Positions 12,851-27,199 of a stretch of 64,000 bases of DNA are shown here, piece by piece (position 1 is the stretch's first letter; the number at the start of each line of letters is the position of its first letter). Origin of the DNA: Chiloscyllium plagiosum (Eukaryota); NCBI RefSeq assembly GCF_004010195.1, contig NC_057719.1, forward strand, positions 44,971,766 to 45,035,765. Direction: 5' to 3'. The notes under the pieces were generated by a model. The model saw only the letters and a list, made by a program, of their open reading frames with translations. It was not told where the DNA came from and did no database searches. The position numbers and the translations under genes are program-made.

Positions 12851-13219
12851 GTTGTCAGCCCCCGGTTTGTAATGAAAGACTATTCCACGCATATGATGAA
12901 ATATTTTTAACTGTTGTATTTAGGAACATTCCTCTCCTGGTCTGACTCACAATGGTTTGAATGAAGAGGCAGCTCTCAAATCCACTGCAGGCAGAATGAG
13001 GATCATTCTTTATGGATCTCCAATCTAATCCAAGCTGGCCCTTAGGGGTCCTTTTGCCATGGCAATATTCACTTTTGTATCTACATTGTTGTCCAGTGCT
13101 ATGGAAAATGATGGTAGAAGCTCCAATTTTCTTTTCATAACATGTCGCCAGTAATCTCTCCTGCTCTTGCCACATGCCATTGGCTTATTTTGGAAGGATT
13201 CACAAGTTCATATTCATTG

Positions 13220-13688
13220 AGTCATAGAAGTCTACAGAACAGAAGTGTGCCCAGCAAGTCTATACTGGTCAAAAACAACTAGCTAAATATTCTAATCCCA
13301 TTTTCCAGCACATGGCACATAATTTTGAAATCTTTGGCATCACAAGTGCACATCTAAATACTTCTTAAATATTATGTGAGCTTCTGCCTTTACCAACCTT
13401 ACAGACATTGAGTTCCAGATTTCCACAATCCTCGGAATGAAAATAATTTTCCTCACATCCCCTCTAAACCTCTCATGCCTTACCTCAAATCTGTGTTTCC
13501 AACATTTCCCCAAGGGGAGGAAATTCCTTCTTGCCTTCCCTATCTATGCTCCTTATAATATTGTACATTTCAATCACATTCTTGCTCAGTCTCCTCTGCT
13601 CCAAGGAAAACAACCCCAGTCCATCCAGTCTCTCTTCATAACCAAAACTCTCCAGCCCATGTAACATTCTGGCAAATCCTTTCCACAA
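13220..13688 (-). mobile_element. CR1 3' fragment
   Basis: ORF 13485-13688 RMLHGLESFGYEERLDGLGLFSLEQRRL; GAGTCATAGA tail. Confidence 0.85.
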
Positions 13689-14993
13689 TTCAATCTGTTG
13701 GCCATGTTATGAATTCACTTCTTTGGCCATCAAGTCCTTGAGATGGACTTGTACTAGAGCTTCTGGCTCAGAGGCATGGAAACTGCCCACTACACCACAT
13801 GACCTGAATGGATCATTATAACTGATAGGGCATCTTTATTTGGCCTGTGGAAGATCTGGACAATATGCTTGCCTCTGAATAACCAGAAAACGTGAATGAG
13901 CAAAAGCAAATTCTAGTTACTGGCACAGACAAAAGATGAACTTTTACACACAAATACAGGCTTGTTTTATTTTTGTTAATATTTAACTATTTTAAAAGCT
14001 AAATTAGTAAATTTGTTCTTTCATATCTGTCATTTGGGCATTATAAGTGAATTGTTGGAGTGGTGTGATGGTGTGGTGAGATTTTCTTTAGATTAGCTAT
14101 TTTAATCTCTACTTGCTTCATGAATATGGGAACATGAGATAAATGTCAAATCCATTATTAAGAATGTTCTTCTTGTCAATGAAATGCACAGGTTCCAAAT
14201 GACATTCTCAGTTTAATTAATTAACAGCTTTGATATTCAGTCCCTTCTCATGAATTTCAACTGCTGGTAGTTGTTTTATGTTGCAGATATTTTTATAATT
14301 ACTTTGTTGCTATGAGTGAAGTCATTTGAGATTTCTATAGTGCTTTTGCAAACCACTGATCATTTAGAAAAATAATAATAGCTAGGCAGCTTTCATCCTA
14401 GACTAAACAACCAACAACTAAAATGAGGAATTATCAGACTATGAAATCATGATGACTAAATCTCCTTTACTGAAACTTTAATGTTAGAAACATTACAGGG
14501 TGACACCCCACAGGGCTGCAATTGAAGTCATATTTTAGTGTACTCTGTCTTTCCACAGGATTGTCCTTTTATGGTGACAATTAATTGTAGTGCAATGGAA
14601 AATGCAGATCACATTTTTTATCTTTTAACTGTGTGCACTGGAGACACTAAGGATTCAATATTTGCAGAAAGGAGAGAGACACTGTGTATATGGAGGTGAA
14701 AAGTGCAGTACTACCGAACCTAGTGACAAAAACCATTATTAATGTTTTATTTCCTGGCTGTTGGGTAGAGAATCCAATGGTAGAAGGCCACAATAGAGAC
14801 TATTAAGGCGGGTCTTGCGTAAATGGAGAAGATTGGAAGTAGGGGAATCAGAAAAGGGACGCAAATATCAGGGCAACATAGGTGGGATCTTGGAAAGGCC
14901 TATTGATTAGAAGAGGCTGTTGAAAGGTTTTTTGATGGATCTGGGCACACTCATACCCCTTTTGACCTTGAATGCAAAGGCATTCAAAAGCAG

Positions 14994-15310
14994 TTAGACT
15001 AGATTCTCTACAGCATGGAAACAGGCCCTTCAGCCCAACAAGTCCACACCAACCCTCCAAAGAGTAACCCACCCAGACCCATTTCCCTCTGACTAATGCA
15101 CCTAAAACTATGGACAATTTATCATGGCCAATTCACCTGGCCTGCACATCTTTGGACTGTGGGAGGAAGCCAGGGCACCCAGAGGAAACCCACACAGACC
15201 CAAGGAGAATGTGCAAACTCCACACAGACAGTTGCCCAAGGCTGGAATTAAACCTGAGACCCTGGTGCTGTGTGGTAGCAGTGCTAACTGCTGAGCTACC
15301 ATGCTGTCCT
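14994..15310 (-). mobile_element. HE1-type SINE (tRNA head, V-domain, CR1-like tail)
   Basis: Reverse complement carries GGTAGCTCAGCAGTTAGCACTGCTACC head and GGAGTTTGCACATTCTCC..CCTCCCACAGTCCAAAGATGTGCAGG core; same family as 31392 and 33098; possible AGTTAG TSD. Confidence 0.9.
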
Positions 15311-15681
15311 AGTTAGCTGCTAGAGTTCTCAGCTCCCAGCTCTCTGTAGTCTCTTGACTCCTGAGAAAGCAGGCAAACCAGCATTCAAAGTAACTAACTG
15401 TCAATACCTGATGAACAAAACCTTACTGAATGAGTATAACGTTGGTGCTTGATTGTTCTGGGTTGGATTATATAAGTCTTTTCACCATTGATGCTCACTG
15501 TGCTTGATTATTTCTATCTGAGTGTGGACTCAGAGGAAAGAAAGCAAGCTGCACAAGTTGCTGGCAGCAAAGGATTGAGAAGTTTTTTAAAAAAAATTAT
15601 TGTTACTGAAGTTCCTATGAATAGTTGGGCAGTTTGGTTGGGAAGACATGGTGAGATCAGAAAAATGAGTTTCTTGATGTG

Positions 15682-16469
15682 ATAGTCATAGAGATATACA
15701 GCACAGAAACAGACCCTTGGGTCCAACTCATCCATGCTAACCAGATATCCTCAATTAATCTAGTCCCATTTGGCAGTATTTGGGCCATATCCCTTTAAAT
15801 CCTTCGTATTCATGTACTCATCCAGATGCCTTTAAATGTTGTAATTGTACCAGCCTCCCACCACTTCCTCTGGCAGCTCATTTCATACACACACCATCCT
15901 CTGCATGAAAAGATTGCCTCTTATGTCCCTTTTAAATTATTCCCCTCTCACCCTAAACCTATGCCGTCTAGTTGTGGACTCCCGCACCCCAGGGAAAAGA
16001 CCTTGTCTACTTATCCTATCCATGCCCCTCGTGATTTTATAAATCTCTATAAGGTCACTCCTCAGTCTCCGATGTTCCAGGGAAAATAGCCCTAGCCTAT
16101 TCAGCCCCTCCCTATAGCTCAAACCCTCCAAACCTGGCAACATCCTTGTAAATCTTTTCTGAACCCTTTCAAGTTTCACAACATCCTTGCTATAGCAGGG
16201 AGACTCGAATTGCACATAGTATTCCAATAGTGGCCTAACCAATGTCCTGTACAGCCGCAATATGACCTCCCAATTCCCATCTTCAGTGGTCTGACCTATA
16301 AAGGTAAGCATACCAAATGCCTTTTTCACTATCCTATCTAACTGTGCCTCTATTTTCAAGGAACAATGAATCTCCACTCCAAAGTCCCTTTGTTCAGCAA
16401 CATTCCCCAGGGTCTTACCATTAAGTATGTAAGTCCTGCTCTGATTTAGCTTTCCAAAATGCAGCACCA
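15682..16469 (-). mobile_element. CR1/HER1 3' fragment
   Basis: ORF 15937-16557 VLHFGK..YRTLVRPLLEY..LERVQKRFTRMLPGLEGLSYRE..GLFSLEHRRLR. Confidence 0.93.
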
Positions 16470-18414
16470 TTCTGGATTGAAAATCAAATTTTCTTTTCCT
16501 TTGTTTTAATGGCGAGGTAAGAATCTTGCTCATCAGTGGCAAGGGGCCTACTTGCATGCATTAACATCTCTTATTAGCTATTCTCTCCTCATTTACATGT
16601 AAGTTGCTATTTTACCAGGTGTTGGAGAGAAACTGGATGGTGATAACTCCTGCCATAAAGTCACAGGTATCTGGTAGCACCAGTTCACCGCTTGCTCCTC
16701 CAATCCCCCCATCATACCCAAATTCTCAGGGACATGGACAGTGACTTACACATCTTACCAGCCAGCCCATCCATGGACATGCACCAGACTCACCACATAA
16801 TAGCATACCTCCAACTCACTTATAACCTGCCACAATGTTGCATTCTGGAGAGCACCAGCACGTTTTACTGATCCTGGCAAGCAGGGGCTTGCACCCATCT
16901 CAAACATTGGAGGAGGGTGAAAATCAGAGCTTGTTTTCTTAGTACTACCTCATTGTGCAGCTACTCTTTGCTCATAACCTCTCTGGTTTTCCTTGCCTTC
17001 TTACACATTGCTGCATCATTCAGGAGTTAGAGCTACTCAGTGCCTCACTTTTTAGTGCAGATACAACGCCAGGCAGTTTGTCTTGATTGCCAGCAGTGAT
17101 CAGTTAAGGGGGTGGGCATATTCATGTATGGCATGTTATTACATCAATGTTACACATACAATATGTGCCAACAGCTTATGCAGAAAGTAACTTCAACCTC
17201 ATGGCTACGCCTCAAAATCTAAACAGAGTAGCCCTCAGTCAAGTCAAGGGGGATGGTCTTCAATTAGAGAATGCAGCATCTGATCTCTGTTCAGAGGTTT
17301 GGACATGATCATTCAGGCACTTTGAGCATTCAATAACCTGTGGAACTTCATTCTTATAGCTGCAGTGACAATGACAGTCAATCAGACAGCTGGTGATCCA
17401 AAATGATGATACATTTATAAATGTAATCTCCTATTCATCACCCTTGCCACCTATGTGCCCTCAGCATTTCTTTCCCATTTCCCTCACACTGTAAGGAATA
17501 TTTGTGGATGGCAGCGTTTGACCTGGTACACAGCTGGCCTTTAAATATGGTGCCAGCAGCAGGAATCCTGGAAGGTCCCGACAACAGCAAGTATGTCTGC
17601 TTCTGGTAAGCTCAGACTAGCACAGGATGTAGAGGTGTGGTACATCGATAAAGAGGTGAGCAGTAGTGAACTACATGAGATAACTTGCTAGAACTCAGGG
17701 ACAAAAACATGCTGTGACACTCCCCAAAATATACACATAGCTGATTTTTGGTCAGATTTAGCCAAGTATTTTTGCATACCACCAAGATTTAAAATATACA
17801 ACAACAATGAAGCACCCATTGCCCCAGAATGGGTTACTCAGCCCATGTTGAATTAGGATGGAGTTTTACATAGTTGTCAATTTAACCTCACCTCTGCCAA
17901 CCCTCTTCCATCCATCATTGGACTGGAGCTTGAAATTTGCCCTGATCTCTATTGGAACTGCATGCTGAAAGTATGCTCGGGCGACTGCCATGTTGGGTTG
18001 CTGCAGGGTTAAGAGGACTCAACAGCTCCTGTTTCCTCTCGATGCAGCATGTACCCATTGTGTGGGAGTAAGGGGATTACAATTAGAAATAAATATCAAA
18101 GCGAAAAAGAAACAAAGATAAAACAAAGAGATCAGTGAAGACTATTTATTTATAAATTTGTAATATTTTTGTAAAGACACTTGTGAGTCATGTAAAATAA
18201 AGATGTAATAAAATCAGTCCAAACTCTGAAATTACAGATTTAAGAAAAGCAAACCTGCTGTGATACAATAACTGAACAGACCATATTTTGACTTATACAT
18301 TCCCTGGACATTATGTGCGTCTTCAACCAAACTTTGTACTCTTTCAGTGTTCTACAACTGAATGTTTGGATATTTGCTGGTTGTATATTGTCCAGTTGAG
18401 ATGATTGCTGACTC

Positions 18415-19041
18415 TGGATTAGTGATGCTGGAAAAGCACAACAGTTCAGGCAGCATCCGAGGAGCAGTAAAATCGACGTTTCGGACACCCGCACCAATCA
18501 ACCACACCACCCTGTGGCCCAACATTTCAACTCCCCCCTCCCACTCTGCCGAGGACATGGAGGTCCTGGGCCTTCTTCACCGCCACTCCCTCACCACCCG
18601 ACACCTGCAGGAAGAACGCCTCATCTTCCGCCTCGGAACACTTCAACCCCAGGGCACCAGTGTGGACTTCAACAGTTTCCTCATTTCCCCTTCCCCCACC
18701 TCACCCCAGTTCCAAACTTCCAGCTCAGCACTGCCCCCATGACTTGTCCTACCTGCCTATCTTCTTTTCCACCTATCCACTCCACCCTCCTCCCTGACCT
18801 ATCACCTTCATCCCTTCCCCCACTCACCTATTGTATTCTATGCTACTTTCTCCCCACCCCCACCCTCCTCTCATTTATCTCTCCACCCTTCAGGCACTCT
18901 GCCTGTATTCCTGATTAAGGGCTTTTGCCCAAAACGTCGATTTCGAAGCTCCTTGGATGCTGCCTGAACTGCTGTGCTTTTCCAGCACCACTGATCCAGA
19001 ATCTGGTTTCCAGCATCTGCAGTCATTGTTTTTACTTGGAT
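18415..19041 (+). mobile_element. 5'-truncated Penelope-like element: GIY-YIG endonuclease C-terminus, pseudo-LTR, 5' inverted segment, 15-bp TSD
   Basis: VAQHFNSP/SHSAEDMEVLGLLH..EERLIFRLGTLQPQG; TSD GATGATTGCTGACTC at 18400-18414 and 19042-19056; ~18413-18484 is the reverse complement of ~18929-19001; decayed hammerhead CTGATTAAGGGCTTTTGCCCAAAACGTC at ~18911. Confidence 0.9.
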
Positions 19042-21398
19042 GATGATTGCTGACTCGTGAATCATTTAGAACATCTGCAATTTTGAGATTCCAAATTTGT
19101 TGAAAGGGCACTAATTTCACAAACAACATTTTATCAAACTTATTTTCATCATGTGTAATCAGCTAATTGATGCAATGCATTATTTTGTTAGCTGAGTGTT
19201 AATGTCACTGTGACCAATACTTAGCCTTCTGATGGTTTTACCTTCCTGAACAAAAAAAGGAAAATTGCCAATGATTTGTTTTTTCATGAGGAGAATGCCT
19301 CTTTAACTATCTGAGTCGATATAACAAAAGCATGAAGAAACATGTCTGAAATAAGCTCCAAGCTGCTTGTGCAATTTGCTCCTACCTCTCACATCATATC
19401 ATGACAGTATCTCAAAAGCATACTTTAAAGATCTGTGCAAAGACACCTGCTGCTACTTAATGAAAGAAAACTGACATGCAGACAGGCTCCCTCAAACCTT
19501 GACAAACTCTTTGGGTTTCTCTGAGAAATTAGGCAGATGCTGACAATAAATCTGATGACAGCTGGTACAGCTGTCTGTTTCTGCCAGTAGGTGCATGAAA
19601 CCATAATCCTTTGCAGTCTGGTGGAAGGACACTAATGGACGTTTGTACATACCTGTCCTAATTCTTGGACACATTGATACTTTAAGTTTTCATAGTGCCA
19701 GTTCAATTTTCTGATGAAGGAAGATTAATATTTCATCAGCTATTTTTAACTTGTCGTGCATTAGCCTAGAAGTACGCCTAGAAATTTGACCATGCCCAAT
19801 AACCGATAGACGTAGGCCATGGACACCATAGTAAATTGGGGTCACGCATGTAACCAGCACTAAAGATGCTATTCATTTGCTGTATCCTTGCCTGAAGAAT
19901 GGAATAGGAGAAATTGACCTTTCCTACCTTTACTTAAAGGCAGCTAGCACTTCTTAACGTGAAGATGAACTCTATTTTCAAATAGCAAGGAGCACTTAAA
20001 GAAGCAACTGATTGCAAGATGTCCCAAGAAAGTACCTAGCTTGTCTATTGGAGGCCCCATTACAAACAGCACCCAGGAGGTGAAATTGAGTCAGCTTGGG
20101 ATTATGAGCTGGACACAGGGAACAATCTCTCAGTTGGACTCCATAAATGCCAATATTGGTCATATTCAATATTGGTCCTCAGGCTCCTGTAAATGAAATT
20201 GACAAATTATAGATATGAGTCGCGCCTCCCCAATCAACTTGCAAGAGAAATTAATTCAAATTTGTATTGTTAAATCTCTGGTAAAGTCCTTAGGTAAACT
20301 CTGGGAAATGGGGAGGGTGAATGCCAAGATAATCAGCAATGATGTTCAGAAAAACTCTTCTTACTCCCAGCCCCACCTTCAGGTATTCATTTTAAGACCT
20401 TATCTATTTGTAGTAGTCTCTGCTGGCTTCTTGAAGATCTACAATTCAGACCAAACACGAACATTGTTAGAACACATGAGACTCAACAGCAGCAGCTTTC
20501 AGCAGTCTAATTTCAGAAAGAGGTTTTGAAAGAGGCATTAGATTCTCTATTTACATATGTGAAGGGTGTGTAAGGTCTGCTTCAGGCATATGTCCTTTGT
20601 GTACACTTCAGCTTTACCCAGTTTCAGGGCTTCAGTCAAATGATCCCATTCTTGCTTATTTTCTTAACTGCTCCAGTTCTTCCTACAACCCTGCATACAG
20701 ACCAGACTAATCATCCAGGACTGTGAGGAAACCAGTTCAGGTGCATATTTGTGCCAAGAGGGCTCTTCAACTGCTACGTTTAAAAAAATCATTGCAGAAA
20801 TGTATATCATATTCCTTTCTGATTTGTTATGAACCAAGAGTCAAGTTTCTTTGTTATCTGAAATCTTTCATCAGTGTAGGCTGCTGCTAAAGTTCCTGTC
20901 AGTCTCTGGGCAAGTTTCAACCAGTTGGGAGTGTTTAACTGCCAATCTCCCATGAACTTAATTCAACTCTACCCTTCAAATCTGAGAGTTAAAACATTTA
21001 CCTGAATTCTTATTGGAAATAAAATGTTTATGATATGACAAAAAGGAATTAAACATCAAGCATAATCCTGGCAGTATCTAAGGACTTTGGGAGGAATTAG
21101 TGATCGAAGTCAGTAGAATTAAATATTTCCATAAATGACAACATACGTCTATAAAATATCCAGTAACAAAAAACTCATTGGCCGAGGATTTGGTTGATGC
21201 CACGTCTGTGAAAACTGGGTATAAAATGCATAGTGACCTGTCCAGTTTGGGAAATGATGTATGCGGCCGCTAACTCATGAAGATTGCACAATCCTCAACC
21301 ATGGCCTGAGGCTGAAACAAATTGTAGAATACATATGAGTAAGCACTTGCTCAAACTGAATCAGTAGCGCCCCCTGTACAACACATATCAAATAAATG

Positions 21399-22270
21399 TT
21401 ACAAAATTGGTGATGTGATGGACAGTGAAGAAGGTTATCTCAGAGTACAACTTGATCAGATGGGCCAATGGACTAAGTAGATGGAATTAATTTAGATAAA
21501 TGTGAGGTGGTGCATTTTGGTACGGCAAACCAGAGCAAGGCTTACACAGTTATTTGTAGGACCTAGGGGTGCAGATGCATAGCTCCTTGAAAGTGGAGTT
21601 GCAGGTAAACAGGGCAGTGAAGGAGGTGTTTAGCACTCTTGTCTTTACTGGTCTGAACACTGAGTACAGGAGTTAGGGCATTATGTTGCGACTGTACAGG
21701 ACATTGTGAGGCCACTTTTGGAATACTGCATACAATTCTGTTTGCCCTTTGATATGGAAGATGTTGTTAAACATGACTGGATGCAGAAAAGATTTACAAA
21801 GATGTTGCTGGAATTGGAGGGTTTGCGTTATTGGGCAAGGCTGAACAAGCTGGTGTTTTCTCCCTGCAGAGTCGGAGACTGAGGTTAAACCTTAAACCTT
21901 ATAGAGTTTTACAAAATAATGAGGGGCATGGATAGGGGGATTAGCCAAAGTATTTTTCCTAGGGTGGGGGAGTCCAAAACAAGAGGGCATAGATTTAAGG
22001 TGAGAGGGGAAAAGTTTTAAAAGGACCCAAAGGTCCACATTTTCACACAGAGGTTGATGCGTGTATGGAACGAGCTGCCAGAGGAAGTAGTGGAGACGGG
22101 TGCAAATACAACATTTAAAAGACATCCGGATGGGTATATGAATAGATCACATTTAAAGGGATATGGACCAGATGTTCGCAACTGAGATGGTCAGATTCAG
22201 ATGACTGGTCAGTGCAGACAAGTTGGACCGAAGAGTCTGTTTCCATGCTGTGTGACTCTATGACTCTATG
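21399..22270 (+). mobile_element. CR1/HER1 3' fragment
   Basis: Collinear with 28236-29274; tail (GACTCTAT)n. Confidence 0.9.
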
Positions 22271-22319
22271 TGTTCCAGAAACAGAAATCCAACAATAACA
22301 ATACAGTGGGACATGTTGT

Positions 22320-22580
22320 CCATTAGACCAAGTAATATAGAATCAGATATAAGCCATTTGGCCTATTCAGTGAGATCAATTTGGTCATCCTTATCTCCAC
22401 TTTACTACCTTTTCCCCATAACCCTTGATTCCCTTCCTGATTAAAATTCTATCTATCTCAGCCTTGATTACATTTAGTGACTCAGTCTTGAAAGGTCCCT
22501 GGGTAAAGAATTTCATAGATTCACTATTGTCTGGGAGAAATTCTCCCTTATCTCTGTCTCAACTTGGCAACCTCTTTGGG
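22320..22580 (-). mobile_element. Degenerate CR1 3' scrap
   Basis: Resembles the CR1 3' end at ~290-420 (CCACTTT..TTTTCCCCATAA). Confidence 0.6.
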
Positions 22581-23229
22581 AGTTGGTTAAATTCCTAGCT
22601 TTGTATGACCATCTCCGGGAAAGTACCCATAAAGACAGGGTCACCAGTGCTGAAGGCTACTTGACCTTTGAAAAAAGCAAGAGACACTATTGGGGCTCCC
22701 AGATGCCACAGTGGACTGTTTAAAAGGTCCACCTGAATACTATGGGGCTTTCCCCCATTTATAATGAAGAAGGAATAGCTCTTACACTTCCTTCTGGCCC
22801 ATGCACATACCACAACCATGCCACCTCATGTCTCCCATGCTGGGCTAGGCCACTGCTCACTCCTTCCCAAGACTTTTATGCCCGAAGCCCAGCTGTGTCT
22901 CTCCCTGTGGTGGGGGCAGCACATTGAGGAGAAATGGGAAAGTAAGATCATTATATGACACACCCTAGCTCACATTGACTTAAATGGATTGGATATTAAG
23001 CAGATTCTGTTACCTCCACAAGCATCATTTGTTCACGCCCTGTGTCCAGTCAATCTAATATACCTTCAGTAACACGACAGCTTTCTCTAATCCTCATGAA
23101 AATTTCATATGCTGAAAATATGTGGCAATGTATTAGTTATTTTCACTCATGGAGGCATTAGAAAGAATACAAGTCAAACCTATAGTCATTTTTCACTTCA
23201 CCTTCTTATGGAGGATGCATATTGTGCTT

Positions 23230-24580
23230 TAAATGATCTCCAAATTGTTTTTTTTACTATTTAAATGTAGGGAGAAAGATTCAGAAGTTTACAGATGATA
23301 CCCAAATTGGCAATGTGGTTGATAGTGAAGTAGAAGACTGACTTGCAGGAAGACAAATGGCAGAGCAATGTGAAACAATACATTTTGATCCAAAGATCAA
23401 GAGAATCAATATAAAATAAAGGGTAAAATTCTAAAGTGGTGCAGGAACAAAGAGTTCAATGGGGAAATGGAACTAAATCAGGGCAGGTTGAGAAAATGGT
23501 GAGAAAGGCAATGGTATCCTAGACTTTATAAACATAGGATAAGAGTAAAACATAGGTACAGTTTCAATTGGGGTGTTGTGTCTAATTTTGAGTTCTGCAT
23601 TTAGAAAAGACGTGAAGATTTTGAAAAGGATGCAGTAAAGAATTATGAGAACTGCTCAAATGATTTGGGATCTCTGTTACACGTATAAATTGAAGAAGCT
23701 GGGATATCATTATTCAGGGAAGAAAGACTAGAAAGGAGATTTGATTGAGGTGTTTAGAAGCATCTGGGGCCTGGACACGCTAAATTGAGAGAAATTGTTC
23801 CCATTTTAGTGGAAGAGTCAAGAACAAAGATTTCAGGTGGTTGGCAAAGGAACCAAAACCAACTTGCAAGAAAAAATGATTTTTAATGGAGCAAGTGATT
23901 AAGATCTGGAATGAACTGCCCGAGAATATTACAGGGCCAGATTTAATTCTGATATTTCTCTTCAGCACTCGAAAAGAAAAAATAATTTGCAGGGCTACAG
24001 GAAAGGATAAGGAAGTGGGGATAATTGATCTGCTTTTTCAGAAAGCCAACACAAAATCTAAGAGAAACTAGAAGCTGAATGACATGCTTTTAGGTTGCAA
24101 TCATTCTATTGTTCAAAGGTTCCATACTGATAGACCAGTCACATTTAAGAAGATGCTGCCAAAACTAGCGAACTTCAGCGAGGAGGAAAGGTTGGATAGA
24201 CTAGCATTGTTTTCTTTGGAAATGAAGAGGTTGAGTGGAGATTTAACTGAAGTGTATAAATCATGATTGGCATGGATAGAGTGCATAGGAATGATCTGTA
24301 TCCTTTAGCAGAAAGGTTAATAACTCACGGGCATAAATTTTGCAATAATTGGTAGAAGGATTAAAGAAGAATTGAGGAGTATTTTTTCACCTACATAGCC
24401 ATATGCATAGAGGCTCGCTATGGGAGGGACAAGTCTTCAATGCATTTAAAAAATACTTGGATGGCACCTGAAGTTCTGTAATCTACAAGACCTGGAAAGT
24501 GGATCGGCTGGATCATTCTGTTACAGTTGACACTAAAGATAAGCTGAATATCTGTCTTCTGTGTGGTAAATCTTCCATAT
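23230..24580 (+). mobile_element. Two adjacent degenerate CR1 3' fragments (~23230-24110 and ~24140-24580)
   Basis: KFTDDTQI-like motif, IKIWNELPE, EERLDRLALFSLEMKRLSGDLTEVYK. Confidence 0.75.
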
Positions 24581-26329
24581 TTTCGTCCTGCCAATGGAAA
24601 GATCGGCTTCCATAAACATTTTTTTCTGAACGGAAGCATTTTTTTCTGCACCTTGTAATTTGAGAGATGGGCATGTTGGTGTTGAACGATAAGGCCCTTA
24701 AAATGCTGATTATATCACAAGAAATGTTGGGTGATATTCAACAAAACACCACCTGTTCCTGAAACAAATGGCCTACAGTTGAAAATTGGTGTTGTTGCAT
24801 TCTCCTATTTGTCACAGACATATCAATCAAACATCAAGGACTGGTAAAACAATAACACGGATTCTTTATATAAAGATTAAAAACAATGCACCCGTAATGT
24901 CAACTGGAAGGCTATGTAGACTTGTCTGACCTTTATGAAAGCTGTTGTATTCTGTGTGCGGTCATGGGGTTACACATCACATCCTGTGATGATTAATTGC
25001 AGCTTAAGAGATGTACCCCTAAAGACACACATATACCTCGTCACTACAACTACCTTTTTCTAAATTGAAAGTTTTAACATTACAGAATCAAATCTATTTC
25101 CAGAACAGCAAAAGAAAATAACAATGTGTTTGAATATAGTATTATGCAAAGCCATAAGTTTACAAATCTGAAATTTCTTGGCCATTGGCTTAATTGGCCT
25201 TGGTTAGAAATTGCTGAATGTTTCCAGAATACTGGCTGTGGATATGGCTGCTGTGCTTGGCTTGGTCTTGGACTGTGTTCTACTAGCAATAAGATTACTC
25301 AGTGTTTCCAGTTGTGGCATCTGATTGAGTTCTGTTTCTTCACACGGTGTTAGTATTTTGTATGATCTCAAATCCAAACATATGTTGATGATTTCAGCTG
25401 GATTCCATGAGGTGGGTGTTGTACTCAAACTTCTGACCACTATTTAGTTTAGGTAATTCATTAACTGTATGCTGGTCATGAGCTTTTTACATCCTCCCCT
25501 TTAATGATCAATGCATCCTGTACTCCTGGGTGTATCAAAACATAATGACTGGGAGGCATTGTCAGCTAAATAGCAATTCTGCAAGTGCGAAAACAGTCAC
25601 TTTAATGTTGTCTCTTTAAGATATAGCATGGCCTCCTGTAGAACTCATTTCGTTTAGCAGTGGTTTTACAATGGAAGATTTTATACCTAAAACTATACGT
25701 TTCGGTATTCCATTGGATCTACGACAATGGGGTGATGAAGTTCTGTGATTGACTCCCTACTTTCTCACATATTGCCTTAAATGACCTTCTGGCATACCAT
25801 CATCCATTATCCAAAATAACTTCCTGTGGTGCCCCAAAATAGCCTGATAATTGAACTTAAGTGAAAATATTTCAGACACAAGATGTGTTCCATAATTGAT
25901 GGACAATGGAAAATTCACAGAATGACTTTTCAGTGAAATAATTTAAACAAATGCAAAAGGAATCATTAGCAAGTCTGGTCAATCAACCTTCAGGCGCCCA
26001 ATGATGGAATAGCTGTTCTCCCTTGATGTAAGCATAGTGTTTCTACAGAAGCTTATATGGTCTGTGATGGTTATTGTTGTCTTGATGTTACTGTGGATAA
26101 TGACCAAGGACTGGTCCCTGCATGTTAGTAAACCTCCAATCACTGAACCCATGGTGTCCACTATGTAAAATATCTAGAGTAACCAGCATGAGTGTACCCT
26201 ATGTCTAATGGAACCCAGAGGTATTGTACACAAGGTGTTTAGGCAGTGATTGATTGAACTATCTCTTGTCATAATTTGGGGAAAACATTTCATTGTACCT
26301 GGGGAAAGACCCTGCATTGCTGCTCCTAC

Positions 26330-26733
26330 AGACTAGAGGTGGTTTAACCTGAGGGCAACCACACCTCAGGTGAGGAGAGAGGTTAGGAAAGAGAGTCTCT
26401 CATGGTCACTTCAACTGGTGTGGCAATTAAACCCACAGTCTTGGCGTTACTTTGCAGAGCAAATCAGCCACCAAGCCAACTAAACTAAATTGAAATAAAA
26501 ACCAAAAGATCTGCAGAGGCTGTCAATCAGAGACAAAACTAGAAATTCTTGGAAAAGCTGAGCAGCCCTGGCAATACCTTTTGATAGAATCAGAGTTAAC
26601 ATTTCAGGTCAAACGTCCTTTCCTCAGAACTGTTCAACCCGAAAGGTTAACTCTGATTCTCTTCACAGATGCTGCCAGACCTTCTGAGCTCTTCCAGCAA
26701 TTTCTAGTTTTGTCTTGAACTAAATTGACCCCT
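26330..26733 (-). mobile_element. tRNA-derived SINE interrupted near its 5' end by a Penelope-like palindrome
   Basis: With the insert removed, the reverse complement reads GGGGTCAATTTAGTTTAGTTGGCTTGG...GTGGGTTTAATTGCC (A-box and B-box-like). Confidence 0.55.
26494..26717. mobile_element. Fold-back Penelope-like pseudo-LTR fragment with 11-bp TSD
   Basis: TSD AACTAAATTGA at 26483-26493 and 26718-26728; arms AGACAAAACTAGAAATT..GAATCAGAGTTAAC / GTTAACTCTGATTC..AATTTCTAGTTTTGTCT. Confidence 0.8.
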
Positions 26734-27199
26734 CCTCTGTTGGCTATCATGCCACAAGTAGATGGATTATACTTAGCCAGTGCTCTCTGTCTGCCCAATA
26801 ATATGGCTTTATACTCACACCAACTTTGTAATAATGCATCCACTCTGGAATCTTTAGACTGGGCCCAAACAGTTTTTACAAAGCTTGGAAGGAGATAGAT
26901 GCGATCATGGCTCAATTACTCTGTCGTGAAGCTCTGCTGCATAAAGTCCAAATCACATGTCTTGCCTTTGCTACTTTTAAATAGATGAATGTTTCCATTA
27001 TTTGTTGCCTAAAGAATATGAATTCCAGAAGGTGAATTCTAAAGTTGCTTTTCAAATGTTAACTGTATTTTGGTTGGATGTTTAAGATCATTGTCCAGAA
27101 TACCCACAAAGAAATGGGATGGGTATTGCCAAATCTATAGCATCTAGTTATCTAGAAATGTACAAGATAAAATAATGCACAATAATAGAGTTTATGACA

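Noticed and set aside
12855..13175. 106-aa minus ORF next to the duplicated segment
   Set aside because: No recognisable motif; cannot be tied to a protein family.
14550..14700. Possible exon after the acceptor-like TCTTTCCACAG
   Set aside because: The translation is unrecognisable, reaches a stop, and has no partner exons.
20215..20529. 104-aa ORF in unique sequence
   Set aside because: No recognisable domain or splice support; compatible with chance.
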